From Escherichia coli (GTDB lineage Bacteria; Pseudomonadota; Gammaproteobacteria; Enterobacterales; Enterobacteriaceae), in the NCBI RefSeq assembly GCF_003018255.1, contig NZ_CP027440.1: a stretch of DNA of 64,000 nt; one strand, written 5' to 3'. Made by a program: the position numbers and the translations under genes. A model generated the notes under the pieces. The model made no database searches, had not been told where the DNA came from, and worked only from the letters and a program-made list of their open reading frames with translations. Positions 22,019 to 35,255 of this stretch are shown here, in pieces. How positions within the stretch are numbered: the first letter of the stretch is position 1; every line of letters starts with the position of its first letter.

Positions 22019-23958
22019 ACAGCCTCCGGCGCAGTTTTCTGCGGGTTCACGCGCTTACGATAGCGAGGATCAAACAGGCACAGCAGCCCGCCCAATGCCA
22101 TCATCAGCCCGCCCGCCCAAATCCAGCGAACAAACGGTTTGTAGTAAAGACGCACGGCCCACGCGCCGTTTTCCAGCTCTTCACCGAGCGCGGCGTACAG
22201 GTCACGCGTGATGCCGCCGTCAATTGCCGCTTCGGTCATCATCGACCCGGCAGTGTTGTAATAACGTTTTTCCGCATACAGCACCGTTTCCGGCTTGCCA
22301 TCTCGCGTTACGCCGATAGTCGCCACACCGCCGCGCCAGTTCGGGCCAGTCACCTCTTTGACATCACGGAAGGTGAAGCGATATTCATGAATATCGACAC
22401 TATCGCCGGACTTCATGCGCACATCACGCTCAACGCTATAGTTCTGGCTAAAGGCAATACCAACAATTGTCACTGCCAGCCCCAGGTGAGCCGCCACCAT
22501 TCCCCAATAACTGAAGGTGGTTTTCGTGCCGCGTGAAATACGCAGCGCAGCTTCCGCAATTGCCAGCACCGCAATCCAGCAGGCCATTGCCAGGCCGAGC
22601 ACCGTCATCGCCACAACTTTGCTTTCGAACAGCCACGGCAGCAGCAGCGACAGCACCAGCGTTGAGATGAAGGCGATAATCAATAAATTGCGGATTTTAA
22701 GTGGGCGATCGCGCCCCCAGCGCACCAGAGGACCGACACCGAGCAGCAGCGCAAACGGCACCATCAGCCAGGTAAACATGGTGTTGAAGAACGGTTCGCC
22801 AATCGAAATACTGCCCAGTCCCAGTTGCTTGTGCACCAGCGGCAGCAGCGTCCCCAGTAATACCACCAGCATCGCGGCGACCAGCAAAACGTTGTTCGCT
22901 AACAGCAGAGATTCCCGCGACCACAGCGCATTGTTTACGCGTGAGCGAACTTTGTGTCCACGCGCGGCAAACAGCAGCAGCGAACCGCCAATCACCAACA
23001 CCATAAAGGCGAGGATAAACATACCGCGCGCCGGATCAGAGGCAAACGCGTGTACCGATACCAGCACGCCGGAACGCACGAGGAAAGTCCCCAACAGACA
23101 CAACGAGAAGGCACTGATTGCCAGCAGTAATGTCCACGCTTTGAAGCTGGCGCGTTGTTCAGTGACCGCCAGTGAGTGCATCAGCGCAGTCCCCACCAGC
23201 CACGGCATAAACGAGGCGTTTTCTACCGGATCCCAGAACCACCAGCCGCCCCAGCCGAGTTCGTAATAGGCCCATGCGGAACCGAGCACAATGCCGAGCG
23301 TCAGGAAGATCCACGCCGCCAGCGTCCACGGGCGGGTAAAACGCGCATAGGTGCTGTCCAGACGCCCACTCAACAAAGAAGCAATGGCGAAAGCAAACGC
23401 CACCGAGAAACCGACGTACCCCATATAGAGCAGAGGCGGATGGAAGATCAGCCCCGGATCCTGCAACAGCGGGTTAAGATCGCGCCCTTCAATCGGGAAA
23501 TTCGGCAGCGTGCGTGAGAATGGGTTAGAGGTAAAGAGAATGAACAGCAAAAAGCCGACACTGACCATCCCCATTATCGCCAGTACGCGGGCCACAATAT
23601 CCAGCGGAATACGCTGACTAAAAATCGCCACCGCAAAGGTCCAGCCGCTCATCAGCAGCACCCACAGCAGGAGCGAGCCTTCATGCGCGCCCCAGGTAGC
23701 CGCCACGCGATACCACACCGGAAGCTGGGTATTGGAGTTGCTGGCAACATAGGTGACGGTGAAGTCGTTGACCACGAAAGCATTGACCAGCACCAGAAAT
23801 GCGCCAGCCACAGACATAAACAGCAGCCAGGCAAACAAGCGGGAAGACGCCATCATGCGCGCATCTCCGCGCGCCACGCCCCATAGCGGATACACGGACA
23901 GCAGCAGCGCAATTCCCAGCGCCAGGCACAGCAGCCCGTTACCAATTTCCGGCATCAT
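22015..23958 (-). CDS. ccmF: cytochrome c heme lyase subunit CcmF
   Basis: 647 aa polytopic membrane protein; tryptophan-rich WGGWWFWD motif. Confidence 0.9.
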
Positions 23959-24434
23959 GATGCTGGGTCCTTATAAACACTCGCCGGGCGACGGTGGTTA
24001 GCTTCCATCGCTTTCTCAACTTCTGGCGGCGTATAGTTTTCATCATGTTTCGCCAGCACTTCTTTCGCGAGGATATGATTGCCTTTTTCCAGCTCGCCCT
24101 GCACCACAACGCCCTGCCCTTCACGGAACAGATCCGGCAAAATGCCTTCGTAAGAAACATCCACTGAGCCTTCAGCATCGTAAATGGTGAAGGTCACTTT
24201 CAGCGAATTGGGATCGCGCTGCACACTCCCCGGCATCACCATCCCGCCAACGCGCAGACGCTGACCGACTTCCGGCATTTGCTGAGTTTCACGCTTGCCG
24301 TAGAGAATTTCCCCCGGCGTATAAAAGAGATCGATATTCGAGCGCAGCGCATATAGCACCAGACCGATAGTCAGCGCCAGCCCTGCCAACACGGCACAGG
24401 CAATCCACAAGCGGTTTTTACGGCGAATATTCAT
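23955..24434 (-). CDS. ccmE: heme chaperone CcmE
   Basis: 159 aa; N-terminal TM anchor; operon position. Confidence 0.9.
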
Positions 24435-24640
24435 GCAGCCTCCTGCTGTTGCGCAGCACGTAAACGCGCCTCACGCGCCCGCTGTTGCGCCACGCCACGC
24501 AGAATTGCGCGATGTTGCATCACCGAGTGCACGACCAAAACCACCAGCGGAATAACGGTCATCACCACCGCCAACCAGACAAAAAAGGCGTAACCGCCCA
24601 TTGCGAAAAATTCATTCCAGGAAGCAAATGCAGGGGTCAT
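24431..24640 (-). CDS. ccmD: heme exporter small membrane protein CcmD
   Basis: 69 aa single-TM protein; operon position. Confidence 0.85.
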
Positions 24641-25374
24641 TTACGGCCTCTTTTCAGTATCAGTTCACTCACCCACGGACGGCGTTTTTCCATCAGCAAA
24701 ATCAAATTACGCATCCGCATCAGCGTCAGCGTGGCAGACAGGAGCAGGAAGCCAAAAATCGACCAGCGCAGCGGCGAACGCATCGCCGGATCGATACTTT
24801 GCTGCATCCGCGTTGATCCCTGATGCAGGGTGTTCCACCACTCAACGGAGTAATGAATAATCGGCAGATTCACCACGCCAATCAGCACCAGGATACCTGC
24901 CGCACGGCCAGCCAGACGACGGTCGTCGAAGGCGTGCCACAGGGCAATGACACCAACATACAGAAACAGCAGCACCAGTTCAGAAGTCAGACGTGCATCC
25001 CATACCCACCAGGTGCCCCACATCGGTTTTCCCCATGCAGAGCCGGTAACCAGGGCAATAAAGGTAAACACGGCACCAATGGGGGCCATCGCCGCCACCG
25101 CCAGGTTGGCCATTTTCATCTGCCAGACCAGGCCAATAAACGCTGCCACCGCCATTGATGCATAAATGCCCATCGACCAGATCGCCGCAGGCACATGCAG
25201 GTAGATAATGCGGTAGCTATTTCCCTGCTGATAATCAGCCGGAGCAAAGCCGAACCCCCAGATCCAGCCGACGGTAAGCACGACCACACTGGCAATTGCC
25301 AGCCACGGTATAAACCAGCCACAGATTTGATACAGCCGTGGTGGGATCGCCAGTTGATGCAGTGTTTTCCACAT
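24637..25374 (-). CDS. ccmC: heme exporter protein CcmC
   Basis: ORF track 24637-25398; start at MWKTLHQL gives 245 aa; WGTWWVWD (WWD) motif. Confidence 0.9.
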   Translation of the reverse strand: MWKTLHQLAIPPRLYQICGWFIPWLAIASVVVLTVGWIWGFGFAPADYQQGNSYRIIYLHVPAAIWSMGIYASMAVAAFIGLVWQMKMANLAVAAMAPIGAVFTFIALVTGSAWGKPMWGTWWVWDARLTSELVLLFLYVGVIALWHAFDDRRLAGRAAGILVLIGVVNLPIIHYSVEWWNTLHQGSTRMQQSIDPAMRSPLRWSIFGFLLLSATLTLMRMRNLILLMEKRRPWVSELILKRGRK

Positions 25375-25415
25375 AGTTTCGATACCAGACTCGAACAAAA
25401 ATCAGTAATCCAGCG

Positions 25416-26078
25416 TTATTGAATGCTGATTCGTAACGCTGCCGCCGTCGCAAAAGGACTTAATGTCGCGGTGCCTGCCAGCAACGCGCCTAAAATTGCC
25501 AGATACCCATCAACGGGCAAATGCATAGAAGCCGCGTCCATCGCGGCGGTGGCAAAGATGAGTAATGGGATAGTCAGCGGTAACACCAGTATGCTGAGCA
25601 GCACACCACCGCGCTTAAGTCCCACTGTCAGCGCCACGCCCGGCGCACCAAGAAAGCCAAGCGTAGGGGTTCCCAGCAGTAGCGTTAACGCCATCACTTG
25701 CCAGCCATAAACATCCATTCCCAGTAGCATTGCTACCAGGGGCGAAAGGATGAGTAACGGCAGACCGGTTACCATCCAGTGCGCCATCACCTTCGCCAGC
25801 ACAGCGGCGGGCAAGGGTAACGGCAACAACATCAATTGTTCAAGACTGCCGTCCTGCAAATCGTCACGGAACAGTCGCTCGAGTGCCAGCAAGGATGAAA
25901 GCAGCGCGGCAACCCAGATAATGCCCGGCGCAATACGCGCCAGCAGTTGCGGCTCCGGACCGATACTGAGCGGAAAAAGGGTAATTACAATCAGGAAGAA
26001 CCACAGCGGGTTGGCGATTTCGGCGCTATGGCGAAACGCTACGCGCAGCTCAAGACGGAAAATGCGCCAGAACATCAT
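25416..26078 (-). CDS. ccmB: heme exporter permease CcmB
   Basis: 220 aa polytopic membrane protein. Confidence 0.9.
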   Translation of the reverse strand: MMFWRIFRLELRVAFRHSAEIANPLWFFLIVITLFPLSIGPEPQLLARIAPGIIWVAALLSSLLALERLFRDDLQDGSLEQLMLLPLPLPAAVLAKVMAHWMVTGLPLLILSPLVAMLLGMDVYGWQVMALTLLLGTPTLGFLGAPGVALTVGLKRGGVLLSILVLPLTIPLLIFATAAMDAASMHLPVDGYLAILGALLAGTATLSPFATAAALRISIQ

Positions 26079-26698
26079 GCGGCCCCCGTTTGCGTCAGTG
26101 AAATGCGGCGAATTTTACTTTCAGCAACGTTGAGCGGCTGGTGGGTAGTCAGAATCACAATCCCCCCCTGCTCCGTATGCTGCGCCATACGCTGGGTCAG
26201 ACGATCGACGCCGTTAACGTCAATCGCGGTAAAAGGCTCGTCGAGTATCCATAACGTGGCACGGGTCAACCACAGACGCGCTAAAGCGACGCGGCGTTGT
26301 TGCCCGGCAGAAAGTTGATTTACCGGAATATCTTCGAATCCGGCAAGCCCGGCCTGCGCCAGGGCTTCCAGACATTGTGCGGTATCGCCATCGCGATGAT
26401 AAAAGTGCAGATTTTCTAACGCCGTCAGCCGGGTTTTGATCCCCGGCTGATGCCCTATCCATAACAGGTTTTGATGGTAGCTGTCGCGTACCTGATGCAA
26501 GGGCTGCCCTTGCCAGAGAACGTCACCCGCATCAGGGCGAGACAACCCCGTCAGCAAACGGAGAAGCGTTGTCTTCCCCGCGCCGTTGCTACCGGTGATT
26601 TGTACCCACTCTCCTGCGTTCAGCGTAAATGACAAGCCACTAAATAAGGTTCGTTCATCCCGCTCGCAAAGTAACTCTCTGGCTTCAAGCATACCCAC
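26075..26698 (-). CDS. ccmA: heme exporter ATPase CcmA
   Basis: 207 aa; Walker [10 protein letters not shown] and LSAGQQRR signature. Confidence 0.9.
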   Translation of the reverse strand: MGMLEARELLCERDERTLFSGLSFTLNAGEWVQITGSNGAGKTTLLRLLTGLSRPDAGDVLWQGQPLHQVRDSYHQNLLWIGHQPGIKTRLTALENLHFYHRDGDTAQCLEALAQAGLAGFEDIPVNQLSAGQQRRVALARLWLTRATLWILDEPFTAIDVNGVDRLTQRMAQHTEQGGIVILTTHQPLNVAESKIRRISLTQTGAA

Positions 26699-26710
26699 GC
26701 AATAACCCTG

Positions 26711-27313
26711 TTAAAAACCTGGCTCGACTTCGCGCATATCGGGCAGCTTGTGCGCTATCCCTTTATGGCAATCAATACAGGTTTGCCCATCTTTCACCGC
26801 CTGGTCATGCATCTTCGCGGCAACCGATTTCTGGGCGGTTGTATCCATATACTCGAAGTTGTGACAGTTACGGCACTCCTGCGAGTTATTGTCCTTCATG
26901 CGCCGCCACTCATTCTGTGCCATCGTCAGACGATGAGCTTCAAATTTCTGCGGCGTGTCAATAACGCCAAAAATTTTACCATACAGCTCTTTACTTGCTT
27001 TGAGCTTGCGTATCATCTTCGGCACAAACTCGTGCGGAACGTGACAATCCGGACAGGTCGCACGGACGCCGCTACGGTTGTTGTAGTGCACGGACTCCAT
27101 GTATTCCTGATACACCGTGTTACGCATTTCGTGGCAGCTAATGCAGAACTCTTCGGTATTGGCTTTTTCCATCCCGGTGTTAAAGCCGCCCCAGAAGACA
27201 ATGCCGCCGACAAAACCGATCAACAGCAGCGTCCCCAGCGCCAGACGGCTGGGGGTACGCCACCATTTCCACAGGCGCTTAATCAGACCAGGCTTACGGT
27301 CAGAATTTCCCAT
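26711..27313 (-). CDS. napC: membrane-bound tetraheme cytochrome c NapC
   Basis: 200 aa; four CxxCH motifs (CISCH, CPDCH, CRNCH, CIDCH). Confidence 0.9.
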   Translation of the reverse strand: MGNSDRKPGLIKRLWKWWRTPSRLALGTLLLIGFVGGIVFWGGFNTGMEKANTEEFCISCHEMRNTVYQEYMESVHYNNRSGVRATCPDCHVPHEFVPKMIRKLKASKELYGKIFGVIDTPQKFEAHRLTMAQNEWRRMKDNNSQECRNCHNFEYMDTTAQKSVAAKMHDQAVKDGQTCIDCHKGIAHKLPDMREVEPGF

Positions 27314-27322
27314 AATAACCTC

Positions 27323-27772
27323 TTATTTCCCGTAACCTTTTGACGGGGTAAAGGTATTCCCCACGATTGGCGCGGTATCAGCCTGCGGCACGTGACATTG
27401 CAGACAGAAGTAACGACGTGGAGCAACTTCCGCGCCCACTTTGCCGTCGCTGTCCATAAAGTGAGTAGGACTTATGCGCGGCGCGCCAGTGGTGCGATAG
27501 CTTTCGACACCGTGGCACTGCAAGCAGCGGTTGGTATTGGTCGTTACCTGATAACCTTCAACGCTATGCGGGATCATTGGCGGCTGATTCACATAGTTCA
27601 GCGGCATCCGTTCCTGCTCTTTTGGCATCCGAATGGCCCCTTCCTGCGTCCCGGATACTTCCGGCGACTGGCTAAAATCGACGCCATTAGCCGCCCAAAC
27701 CGCGCCGCTCACCACCAGGGCCAGCATCGCCGTCCATTGACACAGCGCTTTCTTCAGGTCATGGCTTTTCAT
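27323..27772 (-). CDS. napB: periplasmic nitrate reductase diheme cytochrome c subunit NapB
   Basis: ORF track 27323-27793; start at MKSHDLKK gives 149 aa; two CLQCH heme motifs. Confidence 0.9.
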   Translation of the reverse strand: MKSHDLKKALCQWTAMLALVVSGAVWAANGVDFSQSPEVSGTQEGAIRMPKEQERMPLNYVNQPPMIPHSVEGYQVTTNTNRCLQCHGVESYRTTGAPRISPTHFMDSDGKVGAEVAPRRYFCLQCHVPQADTAPIVGNTFTPSKGYGK

Positions 27773-28632
27773 GATTTCGCTCCCGAACTCCATCGTGTAG
27801 TTATTGTAAATACATCCTCAGAACAGACATCCACGCAGCGACCGCACGTCATGCAATCGCGACTGGTGACCTGCACCGGGCTTTGTTCATCCAGCACCGG
27901 GGCACGTAGCACATGCGGTTCCGGGCAAACATGAAAACAATCCATACAGCGGTTACATTTCTGCCGATCGGTGGCCGCAACGGTAATCACACCTTTGCTA
28001 CCCAGCACGCCATACAGTGCACCAACCGGACAAATGTGCCCGCACCAGCCGTGTTCAACGACCAGTAGATCAAATAAAAACAGCGCGAGAATAAGCAGCG
28101 CGCCGCTGCCGAAGCCCATTACCAGGCTACGCCCCATCAGAGAAACGGGGTTGATCCATTCCCAGATGAGCGTGCCAGTTAAGGCCGATCCCACCAGAAT
28201 GACCACCAACAGCACGTAGCGAATATGGCGAGGGATCGTCGCAGACTGATTGAGGTCAAATCGTCTGCGTAACCAATTTGCTAAGTCGGTAATCGGGTTC
28301 AGCGGACAGACCCAGCTGCAAAATAATCGCTTTCCTGCCAGGGCGTAGAGCACGGTGATAATCACCGCACCGGTCAACGCCACCGTGGCAGGCAGATGAC
28401 CGCTGGCAAGACTTTGCAGCGTCATCAGCGGATCGGTCAGTGGAACGGTGTCGAATAACAGGCTACTGCTGTAGTTGCCGTGCAAGATCCACACACCAAA
28501 CCACGGACCGCTCAAAAACATCCCCAGCACGAAGAACTGACAAAGGCGACGTAACACCAGCCAACGGTGACTGCGCCACCAGCCTTTTTTCTCCAGCGCC
28601 TCGCGCCCGGCGTCACGTTTACGATTTGCCAT
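27769..28632 (-). CDS. napH: membrane ferredoxin-type protein NapH
   Basis: 287 aa; TM segments plus C-terminal Cys clusters. Confidence 0.9.
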
Positions 28633-29314
28633 TGTTCCCCTCCAGCCAGCCGAAGCGGTAATGGTGACCTAACTCCCCTTTCGCCAGTGACAGCGGTAAC
28701 ACCTTGATTGCCGGTTGTTCCAGCACGCACACTTTTTCGCACTTACCGCAACCGGTACAGGCGTCGCTGTGAACCGTCGGCAGAAAGCGGGCGTGCTTAC
28801 CGGTACGCGTGTTGCGCTCCAGCTCCAGGGTGATGGCCTCATCAATTTTCGGGCATTCGCGATAACAAACATCGCAGCGCAGCCCCTGAAAGTTGAGACA
28901 GTTTTCCTGGTCCACCAGTACCGCCAGCCCCATCCGCGCGTCGTCGATCGATTCGATCTCACGATCCAGCGCACCGCTCGGGCACACTTTGGCGCACGGA
29001 ATGTCCTCACACATTTCGCAAGGAATATCCCGCGCAACAAAGTATGGCGTACCTGCCGACAGGCCAGAGGCCAGCGTCGCCAGTTTTAAGGTGTCGTAAG
29101 GGCAAGCCTGAACACACTGACCGCAACGCACACAGGCACTGGCAAAGGCGTTCTCGTTTATGGCTCCGGGCGGGCGCAACCGCACGCCAGATGCGCGTGC
29201 GGTTTGCTGTTGTAACCCCAGCGCCACACCCACGGCAGCCAGCCCGCCTGCTGTGCGAACAACATCGCGCAGAAAGCGGCGGCGACCATTTTGAGGTTTC
29301 GCTGACCGGGACAT
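28619..29314 (-). CDS. napG: periplasmic ferredoxin-type protein NapG
   Basis: 231 aa; twin-arginine signal ([19 protein letters not shown]); multiple CxxCxxCxxxCP clusters. Confidence 0.9.
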
Positions 29315-29320
29315 AATGGC

Positions 29321-31807
29321 TTACACCTTCTCCAGTTTGACCGCGCACTTCTTGAAGTCCGTCTCTTTCGAGAGCGGATCGGTCGCGTCCAGCGTCAGTT
29401 TGTTAACCAGCTGTGCGGCATCGAAGAACGGCATGTACACCAGGCCCTGCGGCGGACGGTTACGACCGCGCGTTTCGACAATCGAGATCACTTCGCCACG
29501 GCGAGAAACCACTTTCACTTTGTCGCCACGGCGCAGATCGCGCGCTTTCGCATCCAGCGGGTGAATAAACAGGACCGCTTCCGGGAAGGCGCGGTGCAGT
29601 TCCGGTACACGGCGAGTCATACTGCCGGTATGCCAGTGCTCCAGAACGCGTCCGGTAGAGAGCCACAGGTCGTACTCTTCATCCGGTGCCTCCGCCGCCG
29701 GTTCGAACGGCAGCGCGAAGATCACCGCTTTGCCATCCGGTTTACCGTAGAACTTGTAGCCTTCGCCCGCTTTCACGTACGGGTCGTTACCTTCGCTGTA
29801 ACGCCACTGCGTTTCTTTACCGTTCACTACCGGCCAGCGCAGACCGCGTGCTTTGTGGTAATCATCGAACGGCGCCAGATCGTGACCGTGACCGCGACCA
29901 AACCATGCGTACTCTTCGAACAGCCCTTTTTGCAGATAGAAGCCTAGCTCGCGGGATTCATCGTTCAGCTGATCTTCCGCCAGTTCGGATAGCGGGTATT
30001 TGCTCACTTCCGGGGTGGCATACAGAATTTCGTACAGCGTTTTGCCACGCAGTTCCGGTTTCTTCGCCAGCAGATCTTCCGGCCATACTTCTTCAGTTTT
30101 GAAGCGGCGGGAGAACTGGACTAACTGCCAGAGATCCGATTTCGCTTCGCCCGGTGCCTGTACCTGCTGACGCCAGAACTGAGTACGGCGTTCGGCGTTA
30201 CCGTAAGCACCCTCTTTTTCTACCCACATTGCGGTCGGCAGGATCAAGTCGGCGGCCAGAGCACTGACTGTCGGATACGGATCGGAGACGATGATGAAGT
30301 TGCGCGGATCGCGCCAGCCCGGCATACGCTCTTCATTGATGTTCGGCCCGGCCTGCATGTTGTTGGTACACATGGTCCAGTAAACATTCAGCTTGCCGTC
30401 TTTCAGCGCACGGTCTTGTGCTACCGCATGCAGACCGATTTTTGCCGGAATGGTGCCGCTCGGGATATTCCACTTCTTCTCGCAGATATCACGATGTTTC
30501 TCGTTAGTCACCACCATGTCCGCAGGCAGACGGTGAGCAAAGGTGCCCACTTCACGCGCAGTACCACACGCGGAAGGCTGCCCGGTCAGGGAGAACGGAC
30601 CGCAACCCGGCTGGGAAATTTTGCCGGTCAGCAGGTGCAGGTTGTAGACCAGGTTGTTAGCCCACACGCCACGAGTATGCTGGTTGAAGCCCATCGTCCA
30701 GTAGGAGATGACTTTCTTGTTCGGATCGGCATACAGCTGCGCCAGTTGTTCTAACTGGTCTTTCGGCACGCCGGTCATTTCGGCAGTTTTTTCCAGCGTA
30801 TACTCAGCAACGAAGGCTTTGTAATCTTCAAAGCTCATCGGTTCGGAGGCGTCAGAACCCGGATTCTTCGCTGCTTTTTCCAGCGGATGGGTCGGACGTA
30901 AACCGTAGCCGATGTCCGTCGCCCCTTTGCGCAGGTTAACGTGTTTGCTGAAGAAGTCCTGATTTATCGCATTGTTTTGAATGATATAGTTGGCGATATA
31001 GTTCAGGATCACCAGGTCAGATTGCGGCGTAAAGATGATGCCGTTATCCGCCAGCTCGAAGCTACGATGCTGGTAGGTAGAAAGCACCGCCACGGTAACG
31101 TTCTGGTTAGAGAGACGACGGTTAGTGATGCGCGACCAGAGGATCGGGTGCATCTCCGCCATGTTTGCGCCCCACAGCACAAACGCGTCAGCCTGCTCGA
31201 TGTCGTCATAGCAGCCCATCGGCTCATCCATACCAAAGGTACGCATAAAGCCAACTACCGCCGACGCCATACAGTGACGCGCGTTCGGGTCGATGTTGTT
31301 CGAACGGAAGCCCGCTTTGAACAGCTTGGACGCGGCATAACCTTCCCAGATAGTCCACTGACCAGAACCGAACATACCGATCGATTCCGGCCCTTTTTCT
31401 TTCAGGGCGGTTTTGAATTTCTCTTCCATCACATCGAAGGCTTGATCCCAGGTGATTGGGGTAAATTCGCCTTCTTTGTCATATTTACCGTTTTTCATAC
31501 GCAGCAGCGGCTGCGTCAAACGGTCTTTACCGTACATGATTTTGGGCAGGAAATAGCCCTTAATGCAGTTCAGACCACGGTTAACCGGTGCGTCCGGGTC
31601 GCCCTGACAGGCCACCACACGCCCCTGCTGCGTTCCGACCAGAACGCCGCAACCCGTACCGCAGAAACGGCACGGCGCTTTATCCCATTTAATGGCTTCC
31701 TGCTGACCAACAACGGCGCGGGCAACGCCCGGCACGCTGAGACCGGCAGCCGCCGCAGCGGCCGCAACGGCGTTAGCTTTCATAAAGCTACGACGACTGA
31801 GTTTCAT
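29321..31807 (-). CDS. napA: periplasmic nitrate reductase catalytic subunit NapA (molybdoenzyme)
   Basis: 828 aa; Tat signal [23 protein letters not shown]; N-terminal Cys cluster [10 protein letters not shown]. Confidence 0.95.
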   Translation of the reverse strand: MKLSRRSFMKANAVAAAAAAAGLSVPGVARAVVGQQEAIKWDKAPCRFCGTGCGVLVGTQQGRVVACQGDPDAPVNRGLNCIKGYFLPKIMYGKDRLTQPLLRMKNGKYDKEGEFTPITWDQAFDVMEEKFKTALKEKGPESIGMFGSGQWTIWEGYAASKLFKAGFRSNNIDPNARHCMASAVVGFMRTFGMDEPMGCYDDIEQADAFVLWGANMAEMHPILWSRITNRRLSNQNVTVAVLSTYQHRSFELADNGIIFTPQSDLVILNYIANYIIQNNAINQDFFSKHVNLRKGATDIGYGLRPTHPLEKAAKNPGSDASEPMSFEDYKAFVAEYTLEKTAEMTGVPKDQLEQLAQLYADPNKKVISYWTMGFNQHTRGVWANNLVYNLHLLTGKISQPGCGPFSLTGQPSACGTAREVGTFAHRLPADMVVTNEKHRDICEKKWNIPSGTIPAKIGLHAVAQDRALKDGKLNVYWTMCTNNMQAGPNINEERMPGWRDPRNFIIVSDPYPTVSALAADLILPTAMWVEKEGAYGNAERRTQFWRQQVQAPGEAKSDLWQLVQFSRRFKTEEVWPEDLLAKKPELRGKTLYEILYATPEVSKYPLSELAEDQLNDESRELGFYLQKGLFEEYAWFGRGHGHDLAPFDDYHKARGLRWPVVNGKETQWRYSEGNDPYVKAGEGYKFYGKPDGKAVIFALPFEPAAEAPDEEYDLWLSTGRVLEHWHTGSMTRRVPELHRAFPEAVLFIHPLDAKARDLRRGDKVKVVSRRGEVISIVETRGRNRPPQGLVYMPFFDAAQLVNKLTLDATDPLSKETDFKKCAVKLEKV

Positions 31808-32067
31808 GGTGTTTCCTCACCTTGCTCTTCCTGCTGGTGATAAACCAGCGACACCGCCAGCACGCCCTCTACGTTGCGTACTGACTCAATGGTTTGAATC
31901 AGCGTTTCGCTGTCTTCTGCTTCCACCACCACAATCAACTGACCGCTCGGCGCGTCGCTGACAGCAACTTCACAGCCGGGAAAGGCGTTCAGTTGGGTGC
32001 TGATGTCTGAAATTCGTTCGCTTTTGGCCTGCACGACCAGGCTGCAAACTTGCCAGTTAGTGTGCAT
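31804..32067 (-). CDS. napD: NapA maturation chaperone NapD
   Basis: 87 aa; overlaps napA start. Confidence 0.9.
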   Translation of the reverse strand: MHTNWQVCSLVVQAKSERISDISTQLNAFPGCEVAVSDAPSGQLIVVVEAEDSETLIQTIESVRNVEGVLAVSLVYHQQEEQGEETP

Positions 32068-32551
32068 GGAGATACTCCGCAGTTATGGCTGATACCGGAC
32101 AGCTGGCTGCACATGCTCCACATCCGTTGCAAAGTTGGCTATTAAGTTGCGGCTGGTAGATCCCGGAGAGCGTCGGGCGAAAGATAATTGCCATTGGCTC
32201 ACAGCTATCCTGACAGCGGCGGCATTCAACTGACTGATACGCCAGGCACGCCTCCCCGATGGTGAACAGCAAATCCCAGGCCCTGGTGTGGCGCGGAGAA
32301 AATAGCGATTCGGGGCAAGCCTGCGCGCAGGCGTAACAGAAGCTGCACTCGTTATTTTTGAAATTAACGCTCGGATAGCCACCCGCGCCGCGTTGCAGAA
32401 TGTTGTTTTCACAAGCATTAATACAGGCGTCGCAGCGAGTGCAATGGGTCAGAAAATGAGATTCATCACCGGACCAGGGCGGACGGATACCGTTACTGGC
32501 TTTGCGCCAGCGACCAGTGAGTATGCCCCGACGGGATGCATCAATCTTCAC
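32057..32551 (-). CDS. napF: ferredoxin-type protein NapF
   Basis: 164 aa with several 4Fe-4S Cys motifs; first gene of nap operon. Confidence 0.9.
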   Translation of the reverse strand: MKIDASRRGILTGRWRKASNGIRPPWSGDESHFLTHCTRCDACINACENNILQRGAGGYPSVNFKNNECSFCYACAQACPESLFSPRHTRAWDLLFTIGEACLAYQSVECRRCQDSCEPMAIIFRPTLSGIYQPQLNSQLCNGCGACAASCPVSAITAEYLHAH

Positions 32552-32659
32552 ATTGACCTTCCATCATTAACGCGCTCTGAAAATTGAGAGCGACCAAATA
32601 AACCGCATAATTAATAAGCCATTTTTATAGCCGCTAAGATATTAAAGGATGTGTCAAAG

Positions 32660-32824
32660 ATGCATACCCCGATCGGGGTAAAACCTGTAGCAGGATCAAA
32701 AGAGTGGCAGGAAGCGTGGCAAAAACGGGCTTTTGCTCACATTTCAAATGGTTATAAACATATTTATATAGCGATTAATTCGCCAGAGATATTTCTGCTG
32801 GTTTGTTTTCTCATCAGAATTTAA
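32660..32824 (+). CDS. yojO: small ORF (54 codons) in napF-eco intergenic region; coding status uncertain
   Basis: ATG at 32660 preceded by AAGGA; translation MHTPIGVKPVAGSKEWQEAWQKRAFAHISNGYKHIYIAINSPEIFLLVCFLIRI; I recall a 54-aa yojO annotated here in K-12; ORF overlaps the NarP/FNR sites. Confidence 0.35.
   Translation: MHTPIGVKPVAGSKEWQEAWQKRAFAHISNGYKHIYIAINSPEIFLLVCFLIRI
32665..32680. promoter_or_regulatory. NarP/NarL 7-2-7 heptamer pair in napF promoter
   Basis: Perfect palindrome TACCCCG-AT-CGGGGTA about 115 bp upstream of napF start codon. Confidence 0.75.
32686..32699. promoter_or_regulatory. FNR-like site in napF promoter
   Basis: TGTAG-N4-ATCAA (one consensus half-site TTGAT on the napF strand), centred 20 bp upstream of the NarP site centre. 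Confidence 0.55.
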
Positions 32825-32958
32825 CACTAAAAGAGCAGGTAAAATTATCTGAATGTTCTTTAAGTTATTCATAAAGCAAATTAATAAATCTGATGAATAT
32901 GTTAACCTTCAGCGACATCATCGGTGAAAACCTATAAATGAAGAAGGAAAGCAAAAAA

Positions 32959-33447
32959 ATGAAGACCATTCTACCTGCAGTATTGTTTGCCGCTTTCGCC
33001 ACCACTTCCGCCTGGGCGGCAGAAAGCGTCCAGCCACTGGAAAAAATCGCACCTTATCCACAAGCTGAAAAAGGCATGAAGCGCCAGGTGATTCAGTTAA
33101 CCCCGCAAGAAGATGAATCTACCCTGAAAGTAGAACTGTTAATCGGCCAGACGCTGGAAGTCGATTGCAATTTGCATCGTCTCGGCGGGAAGCTGGAAAG
33201 CAAAACGCTGGAAGGCTGGGGCTATGATTATTATGTCTTTGATAAAGTCAGTTCCCCGGTTTCGACGATGATGGCCTGCCCGGATGGCAAGAAAGAGAAG
33301 AAATTTGTCACCGCGTATCTGGGCGATGCCGGAATGCTGCGTTATAACAGCAAGCTGCCGATCGTGGTGTATACGCCAGACAATGTAGATGTGAAGTACC
33401 GCGTCTGGAAGGCGGAAGAGAAAATTGACAACGCGGTAGTTCGCTAA
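32959..33447 (+). CDS. eco: ecotin, periplasmic serine protease inhibitor
   Basis: ORF track 32938-33447; ATG at 32959 ([20 protein letters not shown]) gives 162 aa. Confidence 0.95.
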
Positions 33448-33461
33448 ACTGCTGTGAAGTG

Positions 33462-33592
33462 CTGCAACCGCCAGGTCGGATAAGGCGGTTACGCCGCATC
33501 CGACATCTAACGCCCGAGCCGGTTGCCTGATGCGACGCTGACGCGTCTTATCTGCATACGCCACATCCGGCATACCATGCCGGATGTGGCAC
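33462..33592. repeat. cluster of REP palindromes (BIME-like) between convergent eco and mqo
   Basis: gtcggataaggcg...cgccgcatccgac; tgcctgatgcgacgctgacgcgtcttatc; ccacatccggcat...atgccggatgtgg. Confidence 0.7.
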
Positions 33593-33596
33593 ATCA

Positions 33597-35255
<1,659 letters not shown>

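Noticed and set aside
22517-23266. 249-aa plus-strand ORF and many other 60-160 aa ORFs nested in or antisense to ccm, nap, yejH, yfaS and other genes (e.g. 507-854, 3129-3464, 30941-31840, 58245-58730)
   Set aside because: All overlap confidently identified genes on the opposite strand or in alternative frames, have low-complexity or Arg/Ser/Pro-rich translations, and break the operon organisation; treated as spurious
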